Part shown: positions 19,301 through 28,702 of the stretch, one piece after another | Layout: each line of letters begins with the position of its first letter | Position numbering within the stretch: position 1 is the stretch's first letter | Sequence record: MH791398.1 | Direction: 5' to 3' (one strand) | Length of the DNA: 64,000 nt | The notes under the pieces: generated by a model | The model's database searches: none | Told to the model about the DNA's origin: nothing | What the model saw: only the letters and a program-made list of their open reading frames with translations | Program-made: the position numbers and the translations under genes

Positions 19301-20072
19301 CCAGTGGAAACGTCAGGGTAGCAATGCGTTTTTAGATCTTGGTGTAAACACGATTGACGGTCCATTAATCCTTAACGCAATGGACGAAAACAGTAGATAT
19401 TATAGGATCTTTACTGTTGAACGGGATGGTAACGCAATATTCACCAACCAAGTTCAAAACGGCGGACAGAACCCAACGTCTGGGAACCACCTTGTTCGTT
19501 TTGCTTATGCAGAAGAAAGATATGTTCGTGGGCCGGGTAACTTCGCAGAAACTATTACCGGTAACAAGACTTTTGTTAACACTACATATTTTAAGAACAG
19601 CGGTGTCCAAAATATATGGATGGGTAATACTTCTAAGAGTGGGATAACCATAAACGCAAACGAGAGTTTGAATATTGGTTCTCTTGGTGGATTACAAATT
19701 CGCCCTAATGGTCTATCTTCGCCATCAAATACATCATCGTTTGAATCGAATGGTGACCTAAAGGTAAATGCTCAAGTTAAGATAGGAAGTGCATTACCGA
19801 TTGATCCTGATGATGCAATTCGTAAAGACTATCTGGATTCCGTGATAGACGATATGAATACTACATCTGGTTCTCGTGTGTTTAAGGGTGGTGATACCAT
19901 GACAGGCGAGCTTATCATCAATTCGGTGAAAGCGCTAACCGTAAATGGTGATTCTAACCTGAATGGAACAACAACCGTAAATAAACTTAGGATAGCAGTT
20001 GGTAACGGAGAATTCTTAGAAATAAGAGCAAACCCAACTACCAAGTCTGTTGACTTTGTTTGGATCAGTTAA
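16380..20072 (+). CDS. 34: Long tail fibre proximal subunit
   Basis: FRVTDGLDAAGQKIVNV N-terminus; repeated ATQ.E...G / VTPKTL motifs; position after rnh. Confidence 0.93.
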   Translation: MSSIPFRVTDGLDAAGQKIVNVGYPDINSKMDGVSVDFFVQENTIQLYDATRTYDKNFAVIYDNRIYLSQVDITSPEAFNPVKWKPVRTDPSWKLVTTNAPALTNLSAGDHILAQTISSDVTFTLPTNALNGDVIVIRDNGSNLHDYTIDVSGNGRTISGLASYKITAKNSSNYFILNGSEWFVQTEYAGDVNKSFISNKSYPAGGYYKSIVGDQLMRETRYTGGIKIQLPKYARNGDTITTYDLDGNNPVTKTTVNVHPGSSHNIIVEYGSTPMKTVVFDSTDWGMFVFDSSLNAWRVFDADNLSRWKSVKTSTYLGQPNDRLVVYTETPSTVNITFPRDAARGDSFFIDTRYMKRGSTLTLNIDASSTNDFFVPDGNTLMNPRISAYRDFLANMESNTVKTQSFDIQNRGEQWEFVYFTNALGSGKDVWSVVTMSEIPYRVDRNVPEFYGMAAIASQSSVNKNKEEITTGQNPDCEDFVTAETLANKTASTVRRGITRYASNSESKAVSGNLSDEAWSGVAISPFLLNDRLSTTTMRGLLKVATQSQANAQSGSGENWAQVAVTPSTLNGRVATESMTGLSALVSANGTKPTTRTTPGTGVYDYNDHSKVITPKTLFEKNATEFSQGMVYIANQGEVNTGTADTATGALVVTATTLEGRQATASLTGLSRAATSTEVLSNTPPAGDNVHVSAKGLVSRTATETRWGLSETATQAEVDAGTLHDKWFVTPKTFGNWLARERLTVFDTSGLRTVGNIWEGQSFNIVIPTESQRGTARIATQIEANDMTGTANDEIIVTPKKLSARLATTTQTGLSQIATQSEVDTGTNNTKYLTPLTALTSSRNSAGYRMTDTRYGVGITAILSNNNSANSVFEGNDILGSTRALTGYAHGDVLVSPRGLNTALANFLPLKAVAVSASAMEVGGNRIPSTDWVRRTIAQTITGEMTFTANPSIEKIRPYFYLNETSTTSHVSMIQWKRQGSNAFLDLGVNTIDGPLILNAMDENSRYYRIFTVERDGNAIFTNQVQNGGQNPTSGNHLVRFAYAEERYVRGPGNFAETITGNKTFVNTTYFKNSGVQNIWMGNTSKSGITINANESLNIGSLGGLQIRPNGLSSPSNTSSFESNGDLKVNAQVKIGSALPIDPDDAIRKDYLDSVIDDMNTTSGSRVFKGGDTMTGELIINSVKALTVNGDSNLNGTTTVNKLRIAVGNGEFLEIRANPTTKSVDFVWIS

Positions 20073-20080
20073 TAAAACAA

Positions 20081-20104
20081 AGCCATCCTACGGGGTGGCT
20101 TTTT
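20081..20104 (+). terminator. Terminator/attenuator between 34 and 35
   Basis: GCCATCC-TACG-GGGTGGC + TTTTT. Confidence 0.75.
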
Positions 20105-20119
20105 CATAGGGGCAATATA

Positions 20120-23100
20120 ATGGCCGAACTTGTTATATCAAGTATTTCAAATGGTGGTATCAAGTCTAATAAATTATCAGAGAACTTTTCTGGATTAAAT
20201 CAGATCAAGATATCCCCAAAAACAGACACTCAAAATAAAATTGCGTCTATCAACGGATACTCAATTAACCCAGTAGAAATAGACGGTCTTGAGTGTATCA
20301 GTATAAACAACGATCTCAGTGTTGGAATCAGAGACGTTTTTAATTTTAAGAATTCAACTGACGTAAATCGGTTTGAAGGTTGGATCAATTCCATTGGTAG
20401 TGGGATTATTCTAATGATCTCTCATGGTGAAAACATAACAACTACATCAATCAACAACTATTTCAAAAAAATTGGATGTATTGGTTGGTCAAATCATTGG
20501 AATCCATCAACAAACACACAGAACACCCGATACGCTGCAATATATGACTGTGGTCTGAAAAAGGTTATGGTAGAACAATTTGGGGTTAGTTCGCTTATAA
20601 ATGTTTCTCTAGAAGTTGTTTTTGATACGTTCAATGATATTGGTGTTGTAGGATATGGAAACAATATCATCTCAGACCAACAGGAATATATAAACGAAAA
20701 ATCAAAAACAGCGGAATTCAAAACATTCATGAATAAAACCCTTATATCTGATATGGTGGTTAACTGGGGCGAAACCCTTAGATTCAGCCTTGAGACGTAT
20801 AGGGACGACCTAGCGGCGGCGGCTGGTGAATCAATAAGACTATATTATATTGGATATAACGGAAATACTTCCGTTACTTCCGGATATGTCAGTTCTCTTG
20901 ATACGTCTGGGCAGTGGGATTTTGTTTATAACGATTTTGTTGTTCCAACCACAATAGATAGATTAACCGTATATGCTACGTCATGGCCCGTTAAATCCCA
21001 ATATATTGGTACTACTGGGGTTCGCACGGTATCCGTATTCAGGAAAAAACCGGTAGTTGTTAAATCCGGAACTGCTTCTTTTGGTCAATGGGGTTTTATT
21101 ACAGAAGACGCGATAGAAACCAGTGGGGACATCGCAGGTAGAATTAAAGAGAAAAATATTACCGCATTTGAATATGGTAATTTAGAAAATGTCAGTTTTC
21201 CACACTTCACATATAATGACGGAAAATATATAAAAGACCCTAAATTGGTAGTTGGTAAGAAATTTTCTTATTTTATATCAATGGTTTATACAGATACCAA
21301 CGTACCTGTAAACCGGGTTGGATCTGGATCCGATGATACTATTTTCATTGGTATGACAACAAAGACTCATCCTACTGGTATGGGGCATATTGTTACTTAT
21401 GCTGGAAAAACGATAACCACGAATGAAATAATTTCTTGTAATAAAGAATATTTGTATAAGTTGGAAATTGATAGCCCAAGTATGAAGTTTTATGTCAACG
21501 GGGTTTTAGTTGGAAGTACAACAATAGAAGACTTAGCAAGACGAGAGTTTGAAGAAATTCGAGTGGGTTCTGAAATGAGTGGGTATATCATATCTTCGGA
21601 GTATGAAGATTATGAGCTACCAAATAATTCAAGATATTATGAATATCCACAATCAGAAAAACTACCTTTTATTAAAGGGTCTTCTCCTGCTAGTGGTGTT
21701 TATTATTCCGGTTCCAATATCACACCGGATGCGGGTGGTGGTTGGCTATATTGCGGTATCGGAAGTCAACTAATCCCAGCAGGAATGAAAACCGGTTCTA
21801 AGGCTTATGTTACCATAGTTGAAAATAACGGGGCTACGTTGAATACCGGTATTGAAATGAACAAAAGATATGAGGTTATTGCAGAAAGACAACCAGCGCA
21901 AGGACTACAACCTAGACACATGTTCTTCTTTAGAAAAGATGGTGTGAATTGGATATCTGCCGGTAATATGTCAAACCTTAAATTTGATGTCGATTGTTAT
22001 ACGGACCCAGACATAATTAGTGAAAAACCTACTATATCGTGGGTTAAAAACAACAAATACACCTTCAATTTCAATGGAGGTACGATGGTTGATATTCCAC
22101 CAGTATATTTGATCAATAAATCTGGTTACGCAACGTTCAATTTCATTTTTGGATACACAGATTTCAATATGTACTTACTGGATGGAAGAAGTTCTAATAC
22201 CCAAGAGTTACAGGGTGGTTGGTTGTATATATCTAAACAGAAAACACTCGCATTTTCTTCTACATATATGTCCATTGTTCAATTGGACGGAAAGCCATAT
22301 AACGGTGAAGCAATTACTCCTAATATTCCACATAGTATTGTTGTTGAACTGAAAAAAGGTTCGGTAATCAGAAATATTGGTGGTAGATATTCAAAAACTG
22401 AATGTTTGAATGGTCAAATATGGGACATTAATATTGTCGGGGATAATGATTCCCGAGCATATATAAACACGCAGGAATCTAGATTTAACTACTACTCCAC
22501 GGGTATAGAAGATCAGAATAATGCTGGTGTATTGGTATATGATACCGTTGATCTGTCTAAATGGAAAATGTCGGATGAACTAAACTCACCGATTAGTGTG
22601 GTTAGCAACAACCGATTTAAATTTGTGAAAGATGTATCAGAAGGTGGGATGACATATCATCTTAACTTGCCAGCAAAGGGAAGATACAGAATAGAATATG
22701 ATATCGATTGTCCAAGACCATTATTTCTTAAAGATGTATATGGGACAACAGTTGGTGTCGGTCAGATTCTAAAATCTTTACCATACGGTAGATTTAAAGG
22801 TGTTATTTATCATAACCACACAGAATCGTCTCATGATTCGGGTCTGTATATCTGTGTACCAAATGCAAGGAACGGGGATGTGGTAACTGTTAGAAGCCTA
22901 GTAGCATATTCCACAAAAACGGATGCTATCGGCTATAACGTATCGGGGGCTTCGTATTTCTTTAATACATTTGAAGAACCTCAAATGATCGGGAATACAA
23001 TGAGTTCTTGGGTTCCAAACCTATCAAATAACAACTACCTAAATATATTACCGGCGTGGTTACCACAAAAAGATTCATGGAGACTGAGATTCGTTGGTGA

Positions 23101-23899
23101 TAATTTCTCTAGTGGTTATTATCTAGATAATACGGATAAAACCCATGGTATATTCATCACTTTATCGTCAACCACTTTACAGTTTGTTGTCAAAAACCGT
23201 GGTTCTAATATAAGCAATATTACCATTAACCATGGTATGACTGTTGGTAAGGAATTTGATATTGACATTCAATACAATTTTCCAGACCTATATATCAGAA
23301 CAAACTCTGTTATTAGCAATTCAACATATAATCATGTTGATGGGATATCTTCTGATATGTGTATGAGGAATTCATCCTGTATCATCAAACAAATTGATAT
23401 GATAGAATCAACAAATACCGTATCTAGCTCACGAGTTTATAACTTAGTTGACAATGGATATATAATCCCAGAAAACGATGTTATTCAAAATACTCTGACA
23501 TTCAGAAAGAAGCTACGCTCTGTTCTTCTTAAAACTGGTGGTGGGGTTGTTGGATGGGATTCTGTGCTGGGTGATGTAGCAGGGAACGGTAGGTTGAAGG
23601 ATGATATCTATATATACAATAATAGGATATCTAAAATTGTTAGTGGTGGTTCAACTCATAGTATGGTCATTGAGTTTGAAGGAAAAGTTACACCGTATTC
23701 TCAGCTAGAAGTAACCTTAAAAATTGGTGGTATATTGCAAACTAAATATGCATATATAGGAACTGATAACTATGTTATATCGAAAGATATTGATGTAGAT
23801 AACTGGTTAGAGCCATCTAGTCAATATAAAGTTATTGACATAAGACCAATTGGTCTGGTAGGTGTAAAACTACAGACAGTTAATTGGAAAAAGGTATAA
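20120..23899 (+). CDS. 35: Tail fibre hinge gp35 with ~900-aa C-terminal extension
   Basis: YAAIY..KK...LEVVFDTFNDIGVVGY matches T4 gp35 N-half; follows 34; start adjusted. Confidence 0.75.
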   Translation: MAELVISSISNGGIKSNKLSENFSGLNQIKISPKTDTQNKIASINGYSINPVEIDGLECISINNDLSVGIRDVFNFKNSTDVNRFEGWINSIGSGIILMISHGENITTTSINNYFKKIGCIGWSNHWNPSTNTQNTRYAAIYDCGLKKVMVEQFGVSSLINVSLEVVFDTFNDIGVVGYGNNIISDQQEYINEKSKTAEFKTFMNKTLISDMVVNWGETLRFSLETYRDDLAAAAGESIRLYYIGYNGNTSVTSGYVSSLDTSGQWDFVYNDFVVPTTIDRLTVYATSWPVKSQYIGTTGVRTVSVFRKKPVVVKSGTASFGQWGFITEDAIETSGDIAGRIKEKNITAFEYGNLENVSFPHFTYNDGKYIKDPKLVVGKKFSYFISMVYTDTNVPVNRVGSGSDDTIFIGMTTKTHPTGMGHIVTYAGKTITTNEIISCNKEYLYKLEIDSPSMKFYVNGVLVGSTTIEDLARREFEEIRVGSEMSGYIISSEYEDYELPNNSRYYEYPQSEKLPFIKGSSPASGVYYSGSNITPDAGGGWLYCGIGSQLIPAGMKTGSKAYVTIVENNGATLNTGIEMNKRYEVIAERQPAQGLQPRHMFFFRKDGVNWISAGNMSNLKFDVDCYTDPDIISEKPTISWVKNNKYTFNFNGGTMVDIPPVYLINKSGYATFNFIFGYTDFNMYLLDGRSSNTQELQGGWLYISKQKTLAFSSTYMSIVQLDGKPYNGEAITPNIPHSIVVELKKGSVIRNIGGRYSKTECLNGQIWDINIVGDNDSRAYINTQESRFNYYSTGIEDQNNAGVLVYDTVDLSKWKMSDELNSPISVVSNNRFKFVKDVSEGGMTYHLNLPAKGRYRIEYDIDCPRPLFLKDVYGTTVGVGQILKSLPYGRFKGVIYHNHTESSHDSGLYICVPNARNGDVVTVRSLVAYSTKTDAIGYNVSGASYFFNTFEEPQMIGNTMSSWVPNLSNNNYLNILPAWLPQKDSWRLRFVGDNFSSGYYLDNTDKTHGIFITLSSTTLQFVVKNRGSNISNITINHGMTVGKEFDIDIQYNFPDLYIRTNSVISNSTYNHVDGISSDMCMRNSSCIIKQIDMIESTNTVSSSRVYNLVDNGYIIPENDVIQNTLTFRKKLRSVLLKTGGGVVGWDSVLGDVAGNGRLKDDIYIYNNRISKIVSGGSTHSMVIEFEGKVTPYSQLEVTLKIGGILQTKYAYIGTDNYVISKDIDVDNWLEPSSQYKVIDIRPIGLVGVKLQTVNWKKV

Positions 23900-23903
23900 A
23901 ATG

Positions 23904-23933
23904 AAAAGCCTACCCTGTTTTGGGTAGGCTTTT
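23904..23933. terminator. Terminator after gene 35 (may be bidirectional)
   Basis: AAAAGCCTACCC-TGTTTT-GGGTAGGCTTTT. Confidence 0.85.
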
Positions 23934-23939
23934 CGTGTC

Positions 23940-24244
23940 TATGGATTAGTTTCAAGTGCAATCAAAGTATAAAATCTCTATAAGTATTTATATAGAAGAT
24001 CTATAATTAGAAAGTGAGCGAAGCGAACAGGCGGCTACGCCGTCTCACTACGTTCGAGATCTATAGTTTACATTCTGTTTTGGATGTAGTACTATCTAGT
24101 AATCAACTAACCATAAGGATAATTTTTGATGAATAGTAAAACTTTTTCAGTGACAATCCCACTGATCCCATTCCCCTTTGACAAAAACCCATCTCTATCA
24201 TATCTCTATGTTGAATGGGCTTTCGCTGTCTTGGCATCGCTTTA
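23940..24244. other. Structured non-coding region, candidate replication origin
   Basis: Longest non-coding gap; AGATCTATA repeated at ~23997 and ~24057 around a GC-rich core with inverted repeats and GCGAAGC. Confidence 0.35.
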
Positions 24245-25147
24245 TTAAGCCTTAGACAATCTAATCCGGTAAGCTTCCCGGTCTTCTGCTGGGAAGTGTT
24301 CACACTCGGATTTGTCAACCTTTGCGGATTTCAACTCTGCTGTACTGTAGTATGAAACACCGTCTTTTACCCAACGTTGGGGTTCCCGTTGAATCTTCAT
24401 GGTGTATGAACCTATGTTCAGAATTTCACCAGATCGAAGCCGACTAAGATCCCCTGCAACACACTCAAGTTTTTTTGAAACTTCGTATTGAGTTTTGAAA
24501 TCACTGATGGTATATTCAGTTCCAGTTTCCTTACATTTGATTGTATAGGGAACCATTGGAATACTTTTACGATGATATTTTTCTGGTAAAGACGCGACAG
24601 ACCAACCAGCTTTGATGTATTCTTTTGCTGATTGTTTGTCACATATAACACTCCGGTCTCCACCACGGTAAACAATTACCTGTGGGATAGACTCATCATA
24701 TTGCTCAATCGCAACGAGACGAGCAACGTCATCGTATACCTTTTTATCAAAACATGCCCCCGTAAACATGCCTTCAATTTGCTTGTTTAGGTATATATCG
24801 GAGGTTAACGCATTGAGCGAGAATTGGAGCATACATTCTAAAAGAAGTACTTTACCCCAAGAATCATAGGTGGCGAGGATCCTCATCTCTGAGATCTCTA
24901 TACCTCTGGTTTCCAGTTCAACCACTTCGTTTGAACTGGACCTATACGAGCGCCAATCAGATTCAATAAATTCTGTTTTACCCTGCCTCTTGTATGTGGA
25001 TGGCGGGCGTTTTAGGTTTTTCCAAACCCGTTTCGCTCCAATGTATTTTTTACCATTGGAGAAAGTAATCATATACACAAAACCAAGAACCGTTTTTGGG
25101 TCAAACTGCTCGTCAGTTACCCAGTGACCATAGTTAATTTTTTCCAT
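24245..25147 (-). mobile_element. Free-standing Seg-like GIY-YIG homing endonuclease
   Basis: N-terminal GFVYMITFSNGKKYIGAK, W..Y.SS, E..L, YLN; antisense to neighbours. Confidence 0.85.
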
Positions 25148-25172
25148 TTCAATTTCCTCTAATATCTAAAAG

Positions 25173-25193
25173 TATTTAGGGAAATGGTATAAT
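25173..25193. promoter_or_regulatory. Divergent promoters: late CTAAATA (minus, endonuclease) and TGnTATAAT (plus, nrdA)
   Basis: TATTTAG at 25173-25179; TGGTATAAT at 25185-25193. Confidence 0.6.
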
Positions 25194-25219
25194 AATGGAA
25201 AAACAAAGGAAGAGATAAA

Positions 25220-27472
25220 TTGATGATCAGTAAAGTTGTAAAATCGAGCGGTATTACCGAAGAATTTAGCAAGGATAAGATTCTAAAAGTCATAGAATTT
25301 GCATGTGAGAATACAGAGGCAGACCCACAAGCTATTCTTGATGCTGCAATGTCATCCATTACAGATGGTATGAACACGAAGGATATCCAAAAGCAAGTTA
25401 TTAAAGCTGCAACAAATATGATTTCCGTTGAAGAACCGGATTATCAATATGTGGCAGGTCGTTTAACTATGTACACCCTTCGTAAGGATGTATATGGACA
25501 ATTCGACCCAATTTCATTGTATGACCATATTTCTAAACTGGTTGATCTTGGATTTTATGATAAAGACCTTCTGAAACAATATTCCCCAGCAGATATCGAA
25601 TATCTCAATCTTCATATTGACCATTCCCGAGATATGAATTTCACATATGCCGGTGCAATGCAGTTAAAAGAAAAATACTTGGTTCGAAATCGAGTAACCA
25701 AGGAGATGTACGAAACTCCCCAATTCCTTTATATGGGAATTGCTATGGCACTGCATCAGAGTGAAAAAGAAAACCGACTTCAACACGTAATCAACTATTA
25801 TAATGCGGCTTCTCTATTTAAGATTTCAATCCCAACCCCTATTTTGGGTGGTGCCCGCACCCCAACTCGCCAATTTAGTTCTTGTGTGAAAATTGAATCT
25901 GGTGATTCTCTGAAATCTATTAACGATACGTCCGCATCTATTATTAGCTATATCAGTCAACGTGCTGGTATTGGTATTAATGCTGGTGCTATTCGTGCCG
26001 AGGGTTCACCCATTCGTAACGGTGAAGCAACCCATACCGGCGTAATCCCATTCTACAAGCACTTCCATACTGCGGTTAAGAGCTGTTCACAAGGTGCTCT
26101 ACGTGGTGGCTCTGCTACTCTGAATTACCCTATGTGGCATTTGGAGGTTGAGAAACTGCTTGTATTGAAGAATAACAAGGGTACTGATGAAACCCGGATC
26201 CGGGGTCTTGATTACAGTGTGCATATCAACAAGCTGTTTCTAGAGAGATTGCGTGATGATGGGTATATCACCCTATTCAGCCCTGACGTTGATTGCGGTC
26301 GGTTGTATGAAGACTTCTATGATGCAGATGATACCAAATTTAGGAAACGTTATGCATCACTTGAGATGAACCACGTTATACGCAAGAAGCGTATTAAAGC
26401 ATCTGAATTGTTTACTGCATTTGCGACAGAACGGGCTGGTACTGGTCGGATCTATTGCTTGTTTGTTGATAACATGAATAAACAGACCCCGTACAAAGAA
26501 AAGATCAAAATGTCAAATCTTTGTCAAGAGATTTTCTTACCAACTTATGCTATGGGATCAAATCAGGAAGAAATCGCACTATGTACCCTCTCTGCTATTA
26601 ACTTGGGTATGATTGAATCGACAGATGATTATCTCGAATTGGCAAGAATAGTCGTTCGTTCTCTCGATAATCTGTTGGACTATCAAGATTATCCAGTAAA
26701 ACAAGCTCTTGCTGCAAAAAAACGTCGTGCTCTTGGTGTTGGTGTGGTAAACTTGGCATACTTCTTGGCAAAGAATTATGTTGGATATAACGACAAAGCC
26801 GCGCTTTCGTTGGTACACGAGCATATTGAGGCTATGCAGTTCTCCTTGCTTCAAGCGTCTATGGAACTTGCTAAAGAGCGAGGTCGTAGTGAATGGCATG
26901 ATCGGACCAAGTGGGCTGATGGTTTGCTTCCCATCGATTGGTATAACAAGAATGTGGATGACCTAACCCCAAATGATCTAAAACAAGATTGGGAATGGTT
27001 GCGTGGTCAAATCCGAATGTATGGTCTTCGTAATGATACCGTAACTGCACAAATGCCTGCTGAGAGTAGTTCACAGCTCCTAAATGCAACTAATGGTATC
27101 GAACCGGTGCGCTCTCTGGTGAGCGTAAAAGCTTCTAAAGACGGTTCGTTTAATCAGGTTGTTCCAGATGTAGAATTCCTTGCTGATGAATATGAACCTC
27201 TGTGGAAAATGGTTAATCGCGGTGGGATGACTGGTTATCTGTCTATATGTGCTGTCATCCAAAAATTCTTCGACCAAGGTATTAGTGCGAACACTAGTTA
27301 TATCCCATCAAATTATGAAGACAACAAACTCCCTATTCACGTTATTCTTCGTGATGTTGTCTTTGCTAATAAGTATGGAATGAAATCCCTTTACTATCAT
27401 AATACTCGTGATGGTAGTGAAGAAGGGATTGAAGTAACCAAAGAAGCTGATTGTGCTGGTTGCAGTATTTAA
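25220..27472 (+). CDS. nrdA: Class Ia ribonucleotide reductase alpha subunit, intact
   Basis: ATP cone, FSSCV, SNLCQEI, LCTLSAIN, KSLYY, C-terminal CAGC; start TTG 25220 or ATG 25223. Confidence 0.97.
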   Translation: MMISKVVKSSGITEEFSKDKILKVIEFACENTEADPQAILDAAMSSITDGMNTKDIQKQVIKAATNMISVEEPDYQYVAGRLTMYTLRKDVYGQFDPISLYDHISKLVDLGFYDKDLLKQYSPADIEYLNLHIDHSRDMNFTYAGAMQLKEKYLVRNRVTKEMYETPQFLYMGIAMALHQSEKENRLQHVINYYNAASLFKISIPTPILGGARTPTRQFSSCVKIESGDSLKSINDTSASIISYISQRAGIGINAGAIRAEGSPIRNGEATHTGVIPFYKHFHTAVKSCSQGALRGGSATLNYPMWHLEVEKLLVLKNNKGTDETRIRGLDYSVHINKLFLERLRDDGYITLFSPDVDCGRLYEDFYDADDTKFRKRYASLEMNHVIRKKRIKASELFTAFATERAGTGRIYCLFVDNMNKQTPYKEKIKMSNLCQEIFLPTYAMGSNQEEIALCTLSAINLGMIESTDDYLELARIVVRSLDNLLDYQDYPVKQALAAKKRRALGVGVVNLAYFLAKNYVGYNDKAALSLVHEHIEAMQFSLLQASMELAKERGRSEWHDRTKWADGLLPIDWYNKNVDDLTPNDLKQDWEWLRGQIRMYGLRNDTVTAQMPAESSSQLLNATNGIEPVRSLVSVKASKDGSFNQVVPDVEFLADEYEPLWKMVNRGGMTGYLSICAVIQKFFDQGISANTSYIPSNYEDNKLPIHVILRDVVFANKYGMKSLYYHNTRDGSEEGIEVTKEADCAGCSI

Positions 27473-27514
27473 TTTTCGTAGGGGCGAAAGCCCCTTTTCT
27501 CCAAGGATTTAAAA

Positions 27515-28642
27515 ATGAGTTCAACTGTTTTCAATAAAGAAATTATCGACCACACAAAACAATATATGTTCTTCGGTGAGTCTCCAAACGTACAACGATT
27601 TGATACCATGAACACCCGAACTTTCTATGAGTTGATGGATCGTCAATTAAGCCTGTTCTGGCGACCGACTGAGGTAGATCTTAGTAAAGATACTATTGAG
27701 TTTCAGCAATTATCTGACCATGCCAAACATGTTTTCACTCAGAACCTGTTTGTTCAATCCCTACTAGACTCAATCCAAGGTCGTGGGCCTAATTTGGTAT
27801 TGCTTCCTCACGTTAGTGATGTTACTCTAGAGAACTTCATTACCGCTTGGACAATGACAGAAGGTAACCTTCATAGCGATTCATATACCCATATCGTTCG
27901 TGCCGTTTATACAGACCCAACCGTTGTTTTTGATGGTGTTATGTTGACCCCTCAGATCATGAAACGTGCTGAGTCTATTACCAAGTATTACGACGATGTT
28001 ATAAAAGAATCCGATATGCTTACTGCAATGCGTATCATGAATATGGATGAGGGTCTGCAAAAGCTACAACTGACTAAGCTTAAAGAAGCCCTTTATTTGT
28101 GTGTCCATACAATTAACGCACTTGAAGCCATTCGGTTCTATGTCAGTTTTGTCTGTAACTTCTCTTTCCCGGAATTCACTGGGATGATGGAAGGTAGTGC
28201 CAAGATCATGCGTCTAATCGCCCGTGACGAAGCAGTACACCTTAAGGCAACCCAGACTATCCTACATCGCTGGCAAAGCGGTAAAGACGACCCAGAGATG
28301 GTAGAAATCGCGAAACGGCTTGAACCTATTGCTGTTAAGATTTTTGAAGATGTGGTAGATCAAGAAAAAGAATGGGCTAATTACCTTTTTGGTGATAAGG
28401 CTCTTAATGGTCTTACTGCTAAAAATCTTTGCGATTATATCGAGTATCTTTCTGATAACCGAATGCGGGCGGCTGGTCTCCCTAGTTCGTATGCGAAGAG
28501 AAAGAACCCTCTGCCATGGGTAACTAAGTGGCTGAACTCTGAATCTGTTCAGGTTGCCCCCCAAGAGGTGGAAGTGTCTGAATATCTGTCTGCGGTTGTT
28601 GCGGACTTGAGCAAAGAGAAACTAGCTTCTCTTGATGTATAA
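27515..28642 (+). CDS. nrdB: Class Ia ribonucleotide reductase beta subunit
   Basis: FWRPTEVDL, LLDSIQGR, HSDSYTHI (radical Tyr), LEAIRFYVSF, RDEAVH, VAPQEVE. Confidence 0.97.
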   Translation: MSSTVFNKEIIDHTKQYMFFGESPNVQRFDTMNTRTFYELMDRQLSLFWRPTEVDLSKDTIEFQQLSDHAKHVFTQNLFVQSLLDSIQGRGPNLVLLPHVSDVTLENFITAWTMTEGNLHSDSYTHIVRAVYTDPTVVFDGVMLTPQIMKRAESITKYYDDVIKESDMLTAMRIMNMDEGLQKLQLTKLKEALYLCVHTINALEAIRFYVSFVCNFSFPEFTGMMEGSAKIMRLIARDEAVHLKATQTILHRWQSGKDDPEMVEIAKRLEPIAVKIFEDVVDQEKEWANYLFGDKALNGLTAKNLCDYIEYLSDNRMRAAGLPSSYAKRKNPLPWVTKWLNSESVQVAPQEVEVSEYLSAVVADLSKEKLASLDV

Positions 28643-28648
28643 ATAGAT

Positions 28649-28683
28649 GAAAGGGAACCAAATCGGTTCCCTTTCTTGTTTTT
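28649..28683 (+). terminator. Terminator between nrdB and nrdD
   Basis: GAAAGGGAACC-AAATC-GGTTCCCTTTC + T-rich tail. Confidence 0.7.
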
Positions 28684-28702
28684 AAAAGAAAAGGTATGTA
28701 AA

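Noticed and set aside
24103-24318. 71-aa minus-strand ORF
   Set aside because: Overlaps the endonuclease 3' end in another frame; no SD or recognisable motif
28638-28645. TATAAATA as a late promoter for nrdD or a small RNA
   Set aside because: It arises from GTA-TAA (Val-stop) plus A-rich sequence, and this phage appears to use CTAAATA
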